From: Klebsormidium nitens
Taxonomy: Eukaryota > Plantae > Klebsormidiophyceae
Length of the DNA stretch: 64,000 bases
NCBI GenBank assembly: GCA_000708835.1
Contig: DF236970.1
Coordinates: 248,001 to 312,000, forward strand
Direction of reading: 5' to 3'
The first letter of the stretch is position 1. Every line of letters starts with the position of its first letter. Below the pieces are notes generated by a model that was not told the origin of the DNA, did not search any database, and was given only the letters and a program-made list of their open reading frames with translations. The position numbers and the translations under genes were made by a program. Below, in pieces: positions 38,637-52,054 of this stretch.

Positions 38637-39437
38637 GCCGGCTTCGACTTCCAGTTTCCAAGTTTCAAGATTTTGTAAGACCGCGTCACTAGTCAAAAAC
38701 TGTACAGTGCAATCAACATTGAAGGAGATCAGGTTACGACAAGTTGGCCAAAAATGGAAGGTCGCATTTCGTTCGCCCTCCAGTGCATGCTGCCCCTTGA
38801 CTGTAATGAGCTTATGCGTTGATTGGCCATAGCGTTCACTAGACACGATCAACATGGCATATACGACCAGGCTAGGTGCTAGACTCAGCCGGCTGCAGGC
38901 CATGAGCTACTAGTCCTCGTTGACGAGCCTAGCTATATGATTGCATGGAAGTCTTGAAGACACCCCGCTCAATCATTCAATGTTGTATGCAATGACGTAT
39001 ACGGCCTGTGGACGTACAATCTGGCATCTAATTGCATGCACTAGATGTAATTGAATAGCTATAATTGTGATGTGCGACACATGAAAGAAAATGGAAATCT
39101 GTTGCTCGTGCACGCACACGCGGCTTCATTGAGTCGATGCCTCATATATGCACCGTTTTGTGCATATGTATTGGAGTTGTCACAGGCTCAATAAGATTTC
39201 CTCTTATTGAGCTAGCTGTTGTAGCTATCATTGTCTAGAGCCACGGCCATGTCCTTGGCCTTGTGCCTTAAACATGTGTCAACTCGTTCTCGAGCATGAC
39301 AGCAAAGCGGATGCAGTCAATCAGGTGCGACATTGCGGTGTGGCATTGAATAAGAAGACTCAGGTTGCTCTCAGTCGTTGAACCAGGGAAGGTCACAATC
39401 CAACCAGCGTACGAGAGCTTGAACCCAGGGTAACGGG

Positions 39438-42400
39438 TCAAGTGACCGGGACTCCCAGCGACACGTCTATTCGTCTGAGGCCGTCTTGTCCGACTAGACT
39501 GAGTCCACAAATCCCGTAGAATGTATGAAGCAGATCGGGCAACTCGCCAGGATGCTTGCTGAAGCCTCCATACTTCTGCAGAAACCAAGAAACCGGGTCG
39601 GGGTCAATTTTACGCACCCACCAATCTGGAAGGACAGACACTACAGCCAGTGTCCGAAACCAAACGACTGAAGGTGTTAAGGTTGTTCTTTAATACTAAG
39701 AATGAGAAAGCGAGGAGACAGAAGTCAAAGTTCGAAAATGCACACTATCCTCCTGGTTTAAGGGGTTGCTCGCACAGCGCCACGATGAGCACAGCTTCGC
39801 AAGACTTTGAATGCGGACTCACGATCCATGGCGAGCTTTGAACAGGGTCTGAGCTGTCCGAGAGAAACGAATACTGCATTGAGGGGTTGTAAGGCCGCAA
39901 AGCTTTGTCTTACCCGGCAAAGAACGCAGCGAAAACGAGAAGAGGTTTGGAAGCATACCTGGTTTTGGCATCGAAAAAGGAAGCGCCGCAGGGATTGGCG
40001 GTCCAAGAAAGAGTAGCCCCCCAGCATTTCGAGGGAGGCTCCGACCCTGCGGAGAATTACAAGGAGCAATAAATCATGAACACACTGCAGCAGATATGCT
40101 GACAAACGATGTGCACACTTTGAGACCGCCGGCGCTTACGTGATGAAGAGGAGCAATCATTGCTCACAAAAACTGGACGGCATGTGACATCTCAAAGTGG
40201 TTGCTTCACGACTTCGCAACTGAGTTTTGGAGAAGCACGGAAGCACGAAAAAGTTCTTTCTCGGGTTCTCTGACTCTCCTGTTTCAAGGGCGGGGGTGAC
40301 GTACCAAAAGGCGTAACACGTGTCCGCGTCTTTGTTGGCCCGGCCCTGCAGACCGCCGCTCGACGTCTGCCGCTGCAGAACGGAACGGGACGGAACGTCA
40401 GGAAAACGGAATCGACTCACAGAGACAAGCAGTTACAGGCCGCCATTGTTCTTCGCCGAGAAGCCACCAGGTGCGCGGCGCAACTTACGCCGCTGAACAG
40501 GCAAGCGACCCAACCGCCCGTCCTGTGTTGCTGAATGATTTCCGTGGACAGGAGTCTAGTACGGAAAACGGAGCCTGGTGCCGAGCATCGGGAAAAGGAA
40601 CCTGTCTATGTGGAGCCAAGGGCAACTTGAAATGCCCACGAATGCAAGCCGTCCGATCCACGTCTAAGGGCCCCGGTTCCGCATTCCTTGGTTGTAAGGG
40701 CTGAGTGGGTAGGTCTTTCTAAACCTCGAAAACTTTACCTTGCTGAGCAAGCAAGTAGCAGGTACTGATCTTACGGAGTAGCCTCAAGACACTGCCTTTC
40801 TTTGTTGTCGCAATCAGTGCCAACGCCATTACGGGACTAGGCGGGCCCGTTGTCCAGTTTTCCAGAAGTGGTGGTTCCCACTCCTGGATGAGGACCTAAA
40901 CAAATGGAAGTCGACCCCGTGTATACAGGAGCAAAAGTAGCCCAGAAAAGCTGATGAGACAGAGACCTTATGTAACCAGAGAAGGGGAATCGATGACCTC
41001 ATACGCGATTGCGACTTGTTGAAAGAAGGAACAGCGAGCGGTGAACGAAAAAGATTAATGATGGCGAAGACGGACCTGTAAACACCACTCCAACGTCGTT
41101 CCCATCCCCTCAGTCCCTGTTCTCCCGCAACCGTTAGCTTCCGTACCGAGCGCGTTTCCTTGTCGTGGAAGACGTTCCAGCAACTTGAGCGCAGCCACCG
41201 CGCAGTACGTCGCGCCCCCTGCAGGAAGCGTAGCTTACGAATAAGCAAACCAAAGAAAAAAGCGATGATTGCTCAAATCTTAGAAGGCGATTGCTCCCAT
41301 TCTAAAAGGTTATGCTTGCTCCAAGAAGCAAGCCTACATAAAAAGAAGGTCTCTAGAGATAGAGAATAGGAAAAAAGTTGCCCAAGCAACAGCAAAAAAA
41401 AAGAGAGGAAAAGTTCCGCCACGGTTTTGTCGAGGGTAAGGCGTGCGAACGAGTTACATTGAGCCACGGGAAAATAAGGGGAAAAGCATGCGACGTATCT
41501 GAAGAGGACGGGTGGCACAAATAAGATTGGACACGTCGTTATACGAGAGAGTCGACTGCACCGAGAAGCAGAAAACCTCGAACCGCGAAGATGGAGAGGT
41601 GGGAAGCCTGAGACTTAAGTGGAACAGTTCCGCTTTCTTCACGAGGCACACGACCCTGAATCCGGCCGAAAGGCCCACTCAACACAATAAACACACCAAA
41701 TCGACTATCTCCGCATTTGACAAAAATTGAAGCCACGAACCCAAAGTCCACTATCTTCTTGTACGCTCTATCTATCCATACTTGCCAGCTTGACACGACT
41801 TCGACCAGCAGCTATCATACGACTTGGAGCCCTTAGTGATGGGCAGTGGACGCATGGGATGGCTCAATTTAGGTTAGATTTAGGTTTAGGTTTTAAACCA
41901 GCCTAACCGAGCATTGGCAGCCAAAGTCAGTAGCAGGCCAAGTAACCGGGCGCGTAACACCGCATAACCACGCGCCCTTGAGCAGCGTTTCGCCCGCTTA
42001 CCATGAGCTTCGAGGCCTGAAGCGAGGCCAAACCCGCCGCTGTAACCCCGACTCCGATGTATGAACTGGACGGCGGCATCCACGTCGATTGCCGTCTGGT
42101 CGCCGAGAATTGAGCATATGGCCGCTGCAGAGACAGGCGGAATGGAGTCAGAAACTGACTGAGTCCGAGTTTGAGAATGATCAGGCGCCAGGATAAAAGA
42201 TGCTTAATCCAAGGTTGACAGATTATGGGTGTTAGCAGTCCTAGAGTCGAGTTCTTTGGATAAACGATTGAGTCTACAAAATGATCGAGTCTTTGGAAAA
42301 ATGATTGAGTCTCCAAAATGATTGATTCTACAAAACTCCGACAACTGTTTAAGGGCGTCAACGTTTATTTGTCCATGAGATTTTGAGACGGGTTTGGATC

Positions 42401-44722
42401 TGAAGGTGCGTCTTCTAGGCCGTCACATGTATACTGATCTCCGAGTGCGAGGGCTAGCTATTCTGTCAATGCTTCTACGCTTCGAGAGCCAGGGTATTGT
42501 CTGGCCGGCAAAGTATTGTGGAGCTTTACCCCTATATTGTCAAAAGCTTGGACGAGACGTTGGATAAAGGTCACATAGCAGCGCCAGACCCCAAAACATC
42601 CTGTTGGGACCGGAGGAGGAAGACCTTTAGCTTTGGAAGGATCACAACGGAGACGAGGGACGGCTGCTCACCAGCACAGAAAACGAAGCGCATGTCAGAC
42701 TCAGCTTCAGCACAAACGGACCCAAAACTGCAGGCGGAGATTGAGTTGAGAAAGGGATAACTTTGTCTAGACGCACACTACGCCGATCCGTTTATGTCCG
42801 AACTGAATCGCTTGGTCAGAAACTGTCCAAATCTACTTTGATCATCTACATTAACAAATGACGTCTGTATTAAGAGATTCAAAATCATCGAAGTCAAAAG
42901 AGGAGGCCTAGCTAACAAACCATACGCGTTTATTGAAGTCGCTACTCCTCGTAAGCAAGCTTCTTGAGAAAGAACGGCCTACTGTTGTAAGCGAGCAAGG
43001 CAGACAACTTGCGAGGAGCGCGTGAAAGACGCAATGCTTGCCTCGTCCATCGATTTCAAAGATCGAGGAACCAGAAACCACCGAACTTCTGGCTTTCGGA
43101 TGAAGGCAAGGTTCACAGGTCTGCTAATACTATAGCCCCGGGCTGGGCTCCGCCTAAACCTTCTTCATGCTGATAAATCCTCTACAAAATGAAGTTCGAG
43201 AAGGATCAACTTTCAAGTACGACCAGATGAACAATTGAGCAAGCAACTAGACTACCTGCCGTCTGACTGCTGGAGGCGCTGCAATGTCCGCAGGATTGGC
43301 TCTCGGGCCACCCGGCTGAGGTCATCCCCGAAGGAGCGGAGGATTGCCAGAGCGCTGTAGGTGGCAGCTATGTTGGCCGAGTCGTACTGGTGTTGACTGG
43401 GTACCTGCAAGAGAAGATCGAACTCACTGACGAGATATTCATGCAACTATGGCTGACGAGCACCGGCGACGAGTTGGTGGCTGAAGGTTGTGTAGATTAT
43501 CGTACATTCCTTCGCAGGCTTCGTACGGAGATTGTAAAGCATCAAAAGCCCAAAACGAGGTGAAGGATTGCTGAAATTCTGTGTTATTGAACCAGCTCGG
43601 GTCCAGGATTGGTCAAATCTGCACAAATGATGGTAAGTTGCGCCAGACCACAAGTTGACCAGCTAGTCTGTGGAACCAAAACTTCAAAGGGCCAGATAGT
43701 GCAGATTGTGTCACAGCTTTAAGGTAAGCCAGGCACATTGAAGGGAGATGATCTGCGGTGGACAGAAAACAAAATGGCGCTCTTTTTTCTTGTTGCGAAC
43801 AAAGTGAATGCGGAGCCACTTGAGCGAGCGCCAGAGGCTACTCGCTCAGGGGAGAGTAAATCGGCTGGGCCCAAAACCAATGCAAATCATAACCACGTTG
43901 TTTGACGGACTCACCCCTGTTTCAGAGTAGGGTATTCCTAGAGAGGGGGAGCCTCTAAAACCGTAGCAGGTGCCGTTCTCAACTTGCCCCTTTTCAGGGA
44001 TCACTTGCAGACTGTACACCCATTCAGTGATCTCTGGCACAGCGCCCTGCAGCATGGCAAGTTTCGTTCTTTGATTGGTGGAAGACAATTATCATATCTT
44101 CTGACCCATCTTATAGTGACGGTGACTTCGACGCTAGACAAAATGTTCTACTATCGATAGACCACATTGTTTGAGGAGGGGATACAGGTCTATGATTAGA
44201 GAGGGGCTATTCAGATGCTGATCCTCTGAAAACATAGAGGGTCATACTTCACCACATTCTGCCACTCAAAGGCCTTGATGCAGCTATCTGGCAATGTCAA
44301 GATGGTTGTTTCCCAACGTTGACGTCTGAAGACATGTCCTCACTTCCAAAACTGCAAAGCACTGACCCAGTTCTCCAATCAGATGCACAACCACCGCTGT
44401 TTCTGCTTCTGCTTATAATGTAATGTTTCACCAGGCCCGACGGCTCGTTCTCCAAGGAAGCCGTTGCAACATTTACACAGAAACATACGCTCAAATTTGC
44501 CTCAATTGACCACCTGCAAGGAGGACATGGGCATTTTAAGATCTTTCCGCCACTTGCCTCGTCGAGCGCATCCAGCATCTTCAGCCCCACCACAGCAAAG
44601 TAGGCTAACGTGAGTCGGTTGCTCTCCTGTCCTGCATATGGCGCCGGCAGCTGTTGCAGGTTGGCGAGTAAGTAACCCACGTGCTTGCTGAGGAGAAACT
44701 TCTGCTCAGTCTCGAAGTCCAT
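39438..44722 (-). CDS. PGGT1B: Protein geranylgeranyltransferase type-I beta subunit
   Basis: Exon peptides ESNRLTLAYFAVVGLKMLDAL, ITEWVYSLQ...GFRGSP, ANIAATYSALAIL..GDDLSRV, ESDMRFVFCA|AAICSIL, GGFGLASGLEAHG|GATYCAVAAL, GLQGRANKDADTCYAFW|VGASL, GGFSKHPGELPDLLHTFYGICGLSL. Confidence 0.93.
42262..42335. repeat. Degenerate intronic minisatellite, ~17-19-bp unit, ~4 copies
   Basis: aaacgattgagtctac / aaaatgatcgagtctttgg / aaaaatgattgagtctcc / aaaatgattgattctac. Confidence 0.7.
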
Positions 44723-45614
44723 GCCACCACTAGAACCAGAGTCCTGTTTACTCCGTCAAAGTGGGACAATTCTCATGGTTTGATAGTTCGAAAACTCTTA
44801 TCTATATTCTACAATATTTCCTTCACTTTCCTACACTTTCTATAGAAAAATTGAAGAAGTATCAAATCCAGTAGATGCAACTCGTCTGTGTCTTTCTTCG
44901 CCTGGCACTTCAAAAAGGAGAGGAACTGCAATCACACAGCACTCGTTCTTCATGTGGAGGCCCGTGCTCAACTCTTGACGCCAATGGAGAAAACCCTTGG
45001 CAGCTGCAGCAGTGACACCTTTGTTGCAACGTAGGCTTCGAAGTCTGGACCACCAGAAAATCCAAGCAGCTGCAAGCAAGATCCCTGTTATTCAAACAGA
45101 AAACCCCACGTGCATATATTCAGAGCTTTTGCAGCTCTCGCCGGGCGCAACTGATTGACACTGGTTGCTTTTATAAGGGCTTTTGAAACCACTGTTTTTG
45201 GGACAGTGTCACTGTCAGCTCACGGGCCATGGTTCGCAAGATTCGGACGCGGACTTGCGCGGATTTGCAAACTTTTTGATGAACCTGAAAACTCCTTCAA
45301 CACTGCTTGATTCATGCATTTCCATTCCAATCTGGATAAAATTGACCAGGTGGAGGCGCTTGATGTTGAACTTCATCAAGTTCATGCAAGAAGTTTTAAA
45401 TATGAACACTTCGCTGGGAGCAAGAAAGGCATGATTTCGTTGATTAATCAGAGCACCTCGAGACTCGAGCTGAGCACGTTGGTGTGAATCTAAAGACCTT
45501 GTTTAGGGTGGTTCATTCGTATGCAAGTTGGCCCTTATCGGCCTTGCTTTAGTGGAAAGTTGACATACCACCATTTTGGGGGCTGAGGCCCGGACATTTC
45601 AGGAAAGAGGCACA

Positions 45615-48399
45615 ATGCCCAGGTAAGTGGAGCAAACAGTATCCCTTGTCAGAATGTCGGCGAGAGTTTGGTAATGTTTGGTGGTCGAGAAGAGTGTGAG
45701 ATTTAGTATAAATTTGGATCTAGGGGCGAACACGCGTTACAGGTGTGAGCCTGTGTGTGTTTAAGTAGTCTTTAGTGATCGTTTTATTGAAGAGTATGGG
45801 CAGCCCCAGTGAAAATCTATCAAACTGGCAATAAACGTTCCTGACTTTTCCCTGATCCTTTTCGAAACGCCGCCACTGCAACCGCTCATATTTTGCTTGC
45901 TCATGTTCAAACTTTGGCCCATTTTGATGTTGTGCAGGTACTACTGTGATTATTGTGATGTTTACTTGACACATGACTCGGTAAGCGGTCTGGCCAGAGA
46001 ATCCTTGGCCCGTTCACAAGACTGCTACATGCTTGCCAGATTTCATTGGGGCTTCTGCAAATCTTTCGCAGGATGGTAGTCGATGTAGAGAGAGAGACGC
46101 GACTGGGGCGCCACACGTCATCACTTCGTGTACTTGATGTATCATTCTCCAGTCATGACCTGGTTTCTTAGCTGTAGAACCAACGACGTTGTGAAAGAAA
46201 GGTTGTTCTTTGACCAGTTTTCTGTGCAAGCCATGTGCTTCTGAGGCAGAATCGAGACAAACTGATCATGGAGAACGTGCTTTTGATTGCAGCCGTCCGT
46301 GAGGAAACAGCATAACTCTGGGTACAAGCACAAGGTGAGAAAGCATGACAATCATATCTAACTAGAAGTACCGTTTCGTCCTTGGGGCAGTAATCTTTGC
46401 ACTTGTCCATGAGCGGGTGCCGTTAAATCCAAGACCCAGCCCCAAGTTGTGGCATACTTGTTGGTGGAGTAGGTTTTTCCACAAATGGGGCATCTTGATG
46501 TTGCTTCTTGGAGGACCACTTGCGTCTGCCGTCTATAATAATTCGAAGCGGGAAACTCAAAACGGAATTCCTTCTTTGTTCGGTGCCATCTTGTTCTGCG
46601 TGCACTTATGGTCAATGCAACGGCCTCAAACTTTTCAGAAATGATACCAGCCTATTACTGGTCCCTGCAGCTGATCCATGCAGTGCTGCCTTTTGCAGGC
46701 GGCTGTGCGGGTGTATTACCAACAGTTTGAAGAGCAGGAGACACAGAGTCTGGTAGACCAGAAAGTCCAGGAGTATCTGCAGCGGGGGGGCGGCCAGGTG
46801 AGTCTGCACCTTGTTTTGAGCCATGCCAGCGTGTCTCTGAGCCTTCATTGATTGCACCGAGTGGTCGCCTCCTTTTTGTGCAACCCCGTACTTCCTTCAA
46901 ATCTGCTCCGAAGCCCGCTTCCCTGAGAACTTCACCCTTGGCCGCTTACTAGTACCAGAAAGGCAATTCCGGCAAGTCGATCGTTTGCCTTGATAGTCTC
47001 TAACACCGCTCTTGATTGCTTGGTTTTGCAGGTCCTAGGTCAGGGTAACCTGCCGCTGATTGCACGAAACCTGCCCCCCCGCTCCCAACAAGCACCCCTC
47101 CCTGGGCCGCCAGGACCACCGCGGCAAACAGGTGCACGCATATTTCTGGGTTTGTTATGGACTGTTAACGGAATTACTATTCAGCACTACTATTTCCACG
47201 ATTCTGTGTTTGATGTATGCTAGCTCAAGAGAAGCGAAAAAGCGGTGGCACAGCCACAAGGACAATAGGGAGTACTGGTTGTGGTTTAGAATTATCATTA
47301 TGGAGGCAGCAACTATCAGCCGTGGTTGCCAAGTAGTCTTTTTCAAAACGAGGTTGTCGGTGTTTCCCTTCCAAGTTCGACATTTGCTGGAGGTAGATAA
47401 GCCAGTCCTCTATTTCCATTGTTGTGAATGGGCCGTTTTCAAACGAGTCTGCCAAACCTCTGCTGTGGCCATTGATACTCTGCAGAATCTGAAAATGCGG
47501 ACACTTGCTCAGCTCATGCCTCTTCTGTTCTTTGAATAGAAGTGCAAGATGGTTGCAAACCCTGGAGCTCCCGTTAGAAGATCGGCTCTTGTTTTGATGC
47601 GCTCTCTCGAGCCGCCATGTTCCGGCATCCCTTAACAGACTCCGTTGCACAGTTTGTCACGGGTCTTTGCTTCTCTCCCTGTACGCAGGCGCCCCCCCTT
47701 CTTTCCGACCACCAGGACCCCCCTCATTTCGGCCCCCGTCTCAAGGTTACCAGCCCCCGGGGCCCCCTAGCAACGGTGCTGGACCCCCTGGGGCCCCCGG
47801 AGGCTATGGTCCGGGCCCGGCAAACGCCCCCCCCGGGCAGGGCGGTTACGGGCCAGGGGGTTACGGTGGTGGTTCAGGGTATCAAAATGCGGGTAGGTAT
47901 TCCTTGCTCGTACTTCAACCTCAAAAAGAAGTATTGTATCTGAAGGCTTTCCAGCAGATTGCAGCATCGGCATGCGAGAACGGCTTAGCTGCTCCAGCTG
48001 CCCAGTTTCTGGCTACCGCAGTGCCGACCTGCTTTAAAGGTACTCATAACGAAGCTCTCTTTGGCGGCTGCTACCCCGTCCTCAGTTGCGTCTCGTGATG
48101 TTTCTGGTTGTATTAGAATCACTCAGCTTCTGCTACTTCTGTTCGTACAATCTGCCTGTTTCATTGACCCGCGTGGGGCATGTACGTCTTACAAGGTTTC
48201 ATTTGATTTCTATTCAGGCGCTCCTCCTGGCGGCTCTGGCTACAATCCTTACGGAAACCAGGGGGGGGGTCCGGGCGGCCCCATAAGAGGCCCCCCTGGT
48301 GGTGGTCACCAGGGGGCTCCTTCTCCGTATGCTCGGCCCGGGCCGCCTTCCGGATCGCAAGGGCCCCCGGGTTCGTACAATTCCTCAGGGAGGTATTGA
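45615..48399 (+). CDS. SNRPC: U1 small nuclear ribonucleoprotein C (matrin-type zinc finger + Pro/Gly-rich tail)
   Basis: Exons 45615-45622 (MPR), 45938-45980 (YYCDYCDVYLTHDS), 46293-46334 (PSVRKQHNSGYKHK), ~46699-46796 (AAVRVYYQQFEEQETQSLVDQKV), then Pro/Gly-rich exons ending at 48399. Confidence 0.93.
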
Positions 48400-49998
48400 C
48401 AGAAGCATGCGAGTGGTGCGGAAAAGAGGGACTTGTAGTGCTTTGTTCTAGTCCAGATTAAGGTGTTTCCGTCTCAAATCAAAGCCTACGATCTACGATC
48501 TACGATTCCTCTCAGCAGCCTCGGCCGTGAAGGTGGCGGAGATGCAAGGGAGTTGCTAGCAAGTAGGGGGGAAGTGCGACAGCGCCTGCGTGGAACTTGC
48601 GAGGCAAGGTAATGCTTTAGATCGGGGGTGGGTAAGGCAAGTGGCCGGAGACTTCAGGCCCTCCGCGCCAGCTTTTTCATTACACGAGCTTAGAGACTTC
48701 AGGCCCTCTAAGCCGGCTCGTCTTATCTAATGTATCTCACGTTACATCATTTGGTCTTCCTTTTCATTGATAGGCCTCGACAGTCCGTGCTAATGTACGA
48801 AAAAGTGCACGAAAAAGTCGACCATGTTGTTCGAGTTTGCTTTCTCAAACGTGAGTCTGAAGCTGTCAAGCGTCTACGTTTGCAAATCACGCCATCCCCC
48901 GTTCTTTACTTGGAATCTTAAGAGTTGTCTAGGTATTGAGGCGCTCCTTTCCAAATGTACTATGGGAGAACCGCGTTGCAATCCCATATTGCCTGGGCTT
49001 CCCTTGGATATAAACTAACCTCCAGCGAAAAAACCAGAAGGCGACTTTTCGAGGAGCATCCGGCTTCACATATAGTCGGAGCTTTGCAGTCTTGAGCAAG
49101 CTACACGTTAAGCTTATCCAAGTTGCAGTATCAAGCAAGCAGCACGTCCAATCACAGCTAGTAAGGAACTTTGGGTCTTACAGTGGGCCTCTATATGTTG
49201 CCTGCCTAGAAGTCAGACAAGATTGGTCATGTGACGTCCTGCAAATGTATGTGGTTCGGAAAAGGGACGTGCATTTGTATGTACAATCATAGCTTTTGTT
49301 TCTTGCTCATGTGTGCTATTTTCGTCGAAGAACTGCTTTTGGGGAAAACTCGGAAGGTAACAACTAATTGAGCAAATTAACGTCCATCATTTCTTGATAG
49401 CAGGCCCATATCCTTATTGAACATGGTTATTTTGTAGCATGGTAGCCGGCTGGGCGCCTTTTTTTGATTCCGAGTATCCATCATCTGAATCAAACGGCAG
49501 TTCAACACGACAGTGGTATGGACTGTTATGACTTTATTTCGAAAACATTGGGAGGCCGCTCTTGCGTATAAAATTGCATTCGTGCATGATGCTGATAATA
49601 TATGGATCTGCGGATATGCTCCTTTCATATACCTTCGATATGATAGTAAAGCACATCCCACCGGGGATAAATAAAAACTTAAACCGATGAGTGCCGGGCC
49701 CTCACTTTGTTGCTCAGCATGCGCGCCTTGTCCGACTACTACTTCGAGATCAGAGGGTGACAAAGCATTCATGCCATGCAACTTGGAATTCAAGCCATGC
49801 ACCATGGCACTTTTCACACGTTGCACTAATAGATTGATATACTGGCCGCACGGCAACCGTCGCTTGAATTCGAATTCAATTGCTCGGATAAATCTGAGTC
49901 ACGGGGGAATGAGAATTAAGAAGCCTACTAATCCAAAAGATGCACGCTCTGCACTAAGTTGAACCAACCCCACAATTACCAGATTTACTCGTCTCACG

Positions 49999-50765
49999 CA
50001 CAAGCTACCTATGGTGGGTGTCGACGGTATCGACCGCGTCACGGTCCGGTATCAAATCTGATTGACCGGTGTCACGCGTCGCGACAAATGTTGTACGCAG
50101 TACTAACGACCGTACTCGGCGGTACTTGAGAATTGGGTCCGAGTTCATGAATGGAAGTTTTTCTGACACGTCGATAAACGGGCAATTGCGTACTAGCCGG
50201 AGGTACGGTACCGTCGCGCGAGACTTGAGTCTGCGCGTCCAAATATTGAATTTCATGGTCTTGGTCGGAACTTCCGACTTGTACCGAGCAAGAGTACCGC
50301 GGTACCCAGAGTGAAAGAAGAGTGCAGAGATTTGATAAAGGAGTGTAAGAGAAGGCGCTGTTCAAAATCCAACGATGGCGGCCAACTTTGCGCCTCCTAT
50401 GCTGCTACTTGAGATTTGTCCTGAACAAAACATGATGTTGGAGCTTCCAAGGACACCTAATGACGCCCCCCCAACATTTTTTTTCGCTTGTCAGAGGTTT
50501 CTGCATGTTGCATAAGCCTCGTCTTAGTGTGGCATTTTGATGCTTTCGTCAAAGTGTAAAATATTACACTCTTTAACAATTTCATGACACTCACTTACGG
50601 CCGAGCAATTTTTTCTGAGTACTCGAATCGTACATGTTTCGGAAGTCCGAGTCACCGTGACGTAAACCGCCGGTACTACTGACAGAATTTGATACCGGGT
50701 CCCACATTTTCGTTGCGGTTCGAGTCGGAGTCGACTCGGCCGGAACCCACCGTAGGTAGCTTGTG
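49999..50765. mobile_element. Putative non-autonomous TIR DNA transposon (MITE-like, ~770 bp)
   Basis: Terminal inverted repeat cacaagctacctaYggtgggt (49999-50019 / 50745-50765, 20/21 match). Inner 12-bp perfect IR ccggtatcaaat (50046-50057 / 50687-50698). Many cggta/taccg subterminal motifs. Candidate 3-bp TSD acg/gcg is imperfect. Confidence 0.65.
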
Positions 50766-52054
50766 GCGCCGCGTTCGCGGTCTCTTTATTGCAAGCGCAT
50801 GTTATACTTCGAGCGAGATTTTATACCGGACCAACAATAACAATTCTAAGATCATATACAGTAACGCGACACTTGCACATTGGCCAAGCCAACGTGAAGC
50901 CAACTCAATATTGAATGTTCCAATGTGCAATGGTGTGCCTCATCAGGCTCATGCACCCTCCGGCGAGTCCGAGGCTCATCATGTCCCTCGATTATATTAT
51001 TCATATTGAATCAACGCCGCTGCGTATCGGACGGTTGGCAGTATTTTGTAGTCTTGATCGACAGACGACAGTCGATTGGGTTCGTAACATCGGGCCTTTC
51101 AGCACCGTTGATACGTTGCTTTCTGATCGGACGGTATAACATGGTTAAATACAATATCTGGCGGTCCTTGGTTCGTGGTTACGCCACCTGGTACGGACGT
51201 GCCACTTTTTGCCAGCATGGCATCAACGTGTCGCGCTTTTTCTAGAAATCTGCTTGATATTTGTGGTTGCGGCAACACCTGTGCTCAAATATCTCATACG
51301 CCTGACACATGTCGGCGTTGGCTAGCTCGTCAATCTTCTCTCACGCGGAATGAACGCACGGGAAACGGCATCATTGAGCTGAATGGGCAGTGCATTTATT
51401 GTACCGGTAGGGGAATCAAATACCCACTTACTCCCGGTAGGGTAGAAGACTGGAGCTCGAGAACAGCTACCAAAATAGCAAGACCGAGGCAAAATTATGC
51501 TGGTTATTAAAAGAGCTCGGGACAGGCTTTCCGGCTACTTCTACCCACGGGCCACTACCCGGGTCTGGTTGCAAACCAACCCGGACACAAATCAGTCTTC
51601 TTCTTGGAACTGCTTGCGTCATAATGCACACTCGGCAAGTTGGTCAGCTTTAACCGACTGTGTACTGCTTCTACCGGGGCCGCCAAGCGAGTCTCAATCT
51701 CTGGTACACTCCTAAAGGCACAAAAGGTCGGGACATGGTCAACCGGGTACTTTGCGGAGAACAACGTCACATGGGCGCGACTGGCACTTTCTCTCCAACT
51801 GGATCGTCGCACAAGGTGGCGAATTCTGAATGGGCTGTTGTGAACTGCGCCACACTGCCCACAGTTCAACAGGCTCAGTGCTGTGAGCAGGGCGCCAGTT
51901 TGTCAGCCAGCACGCCTGTCAACTGATTCGCGCGGGATGGCGTCCCTTTGAAGGAGAGAAGCAGAGACGTGCTCCCAGGCAGCCACTTTGAAAAGTTCCC
52001 ATGCTGTTGGGCTTGTAGTATGGTCCCAGATCCAGATGTCTACATGAAGTTTTG

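Noticed and set aside
41868-41892. Telomere-like tttagg x3 in a GGTase intron
   Set aside because: Only ~25 bp and imperfect; compatible with chance or a microsatellite.
48486-48710. ctacgat x3 microrepeat and a 16-bp direct repeat gagacttcaggccctc (48648, 48693)
   Set aside because: Two copies only with no array structure; not CRISPR-like, and no SINE A/B boxes recognised.
49377-49856. 159-aa minus-strand ORF
   Set aside because: No motif, no splice-consistent neighbours; probably spurious.
51400-51760. Possible hairpin/second TIR element (ggtagaag/cttctacc, gagctc palindromes)
   Set aside because: Inverted matches are 8 bp or shorter and do not define termini.
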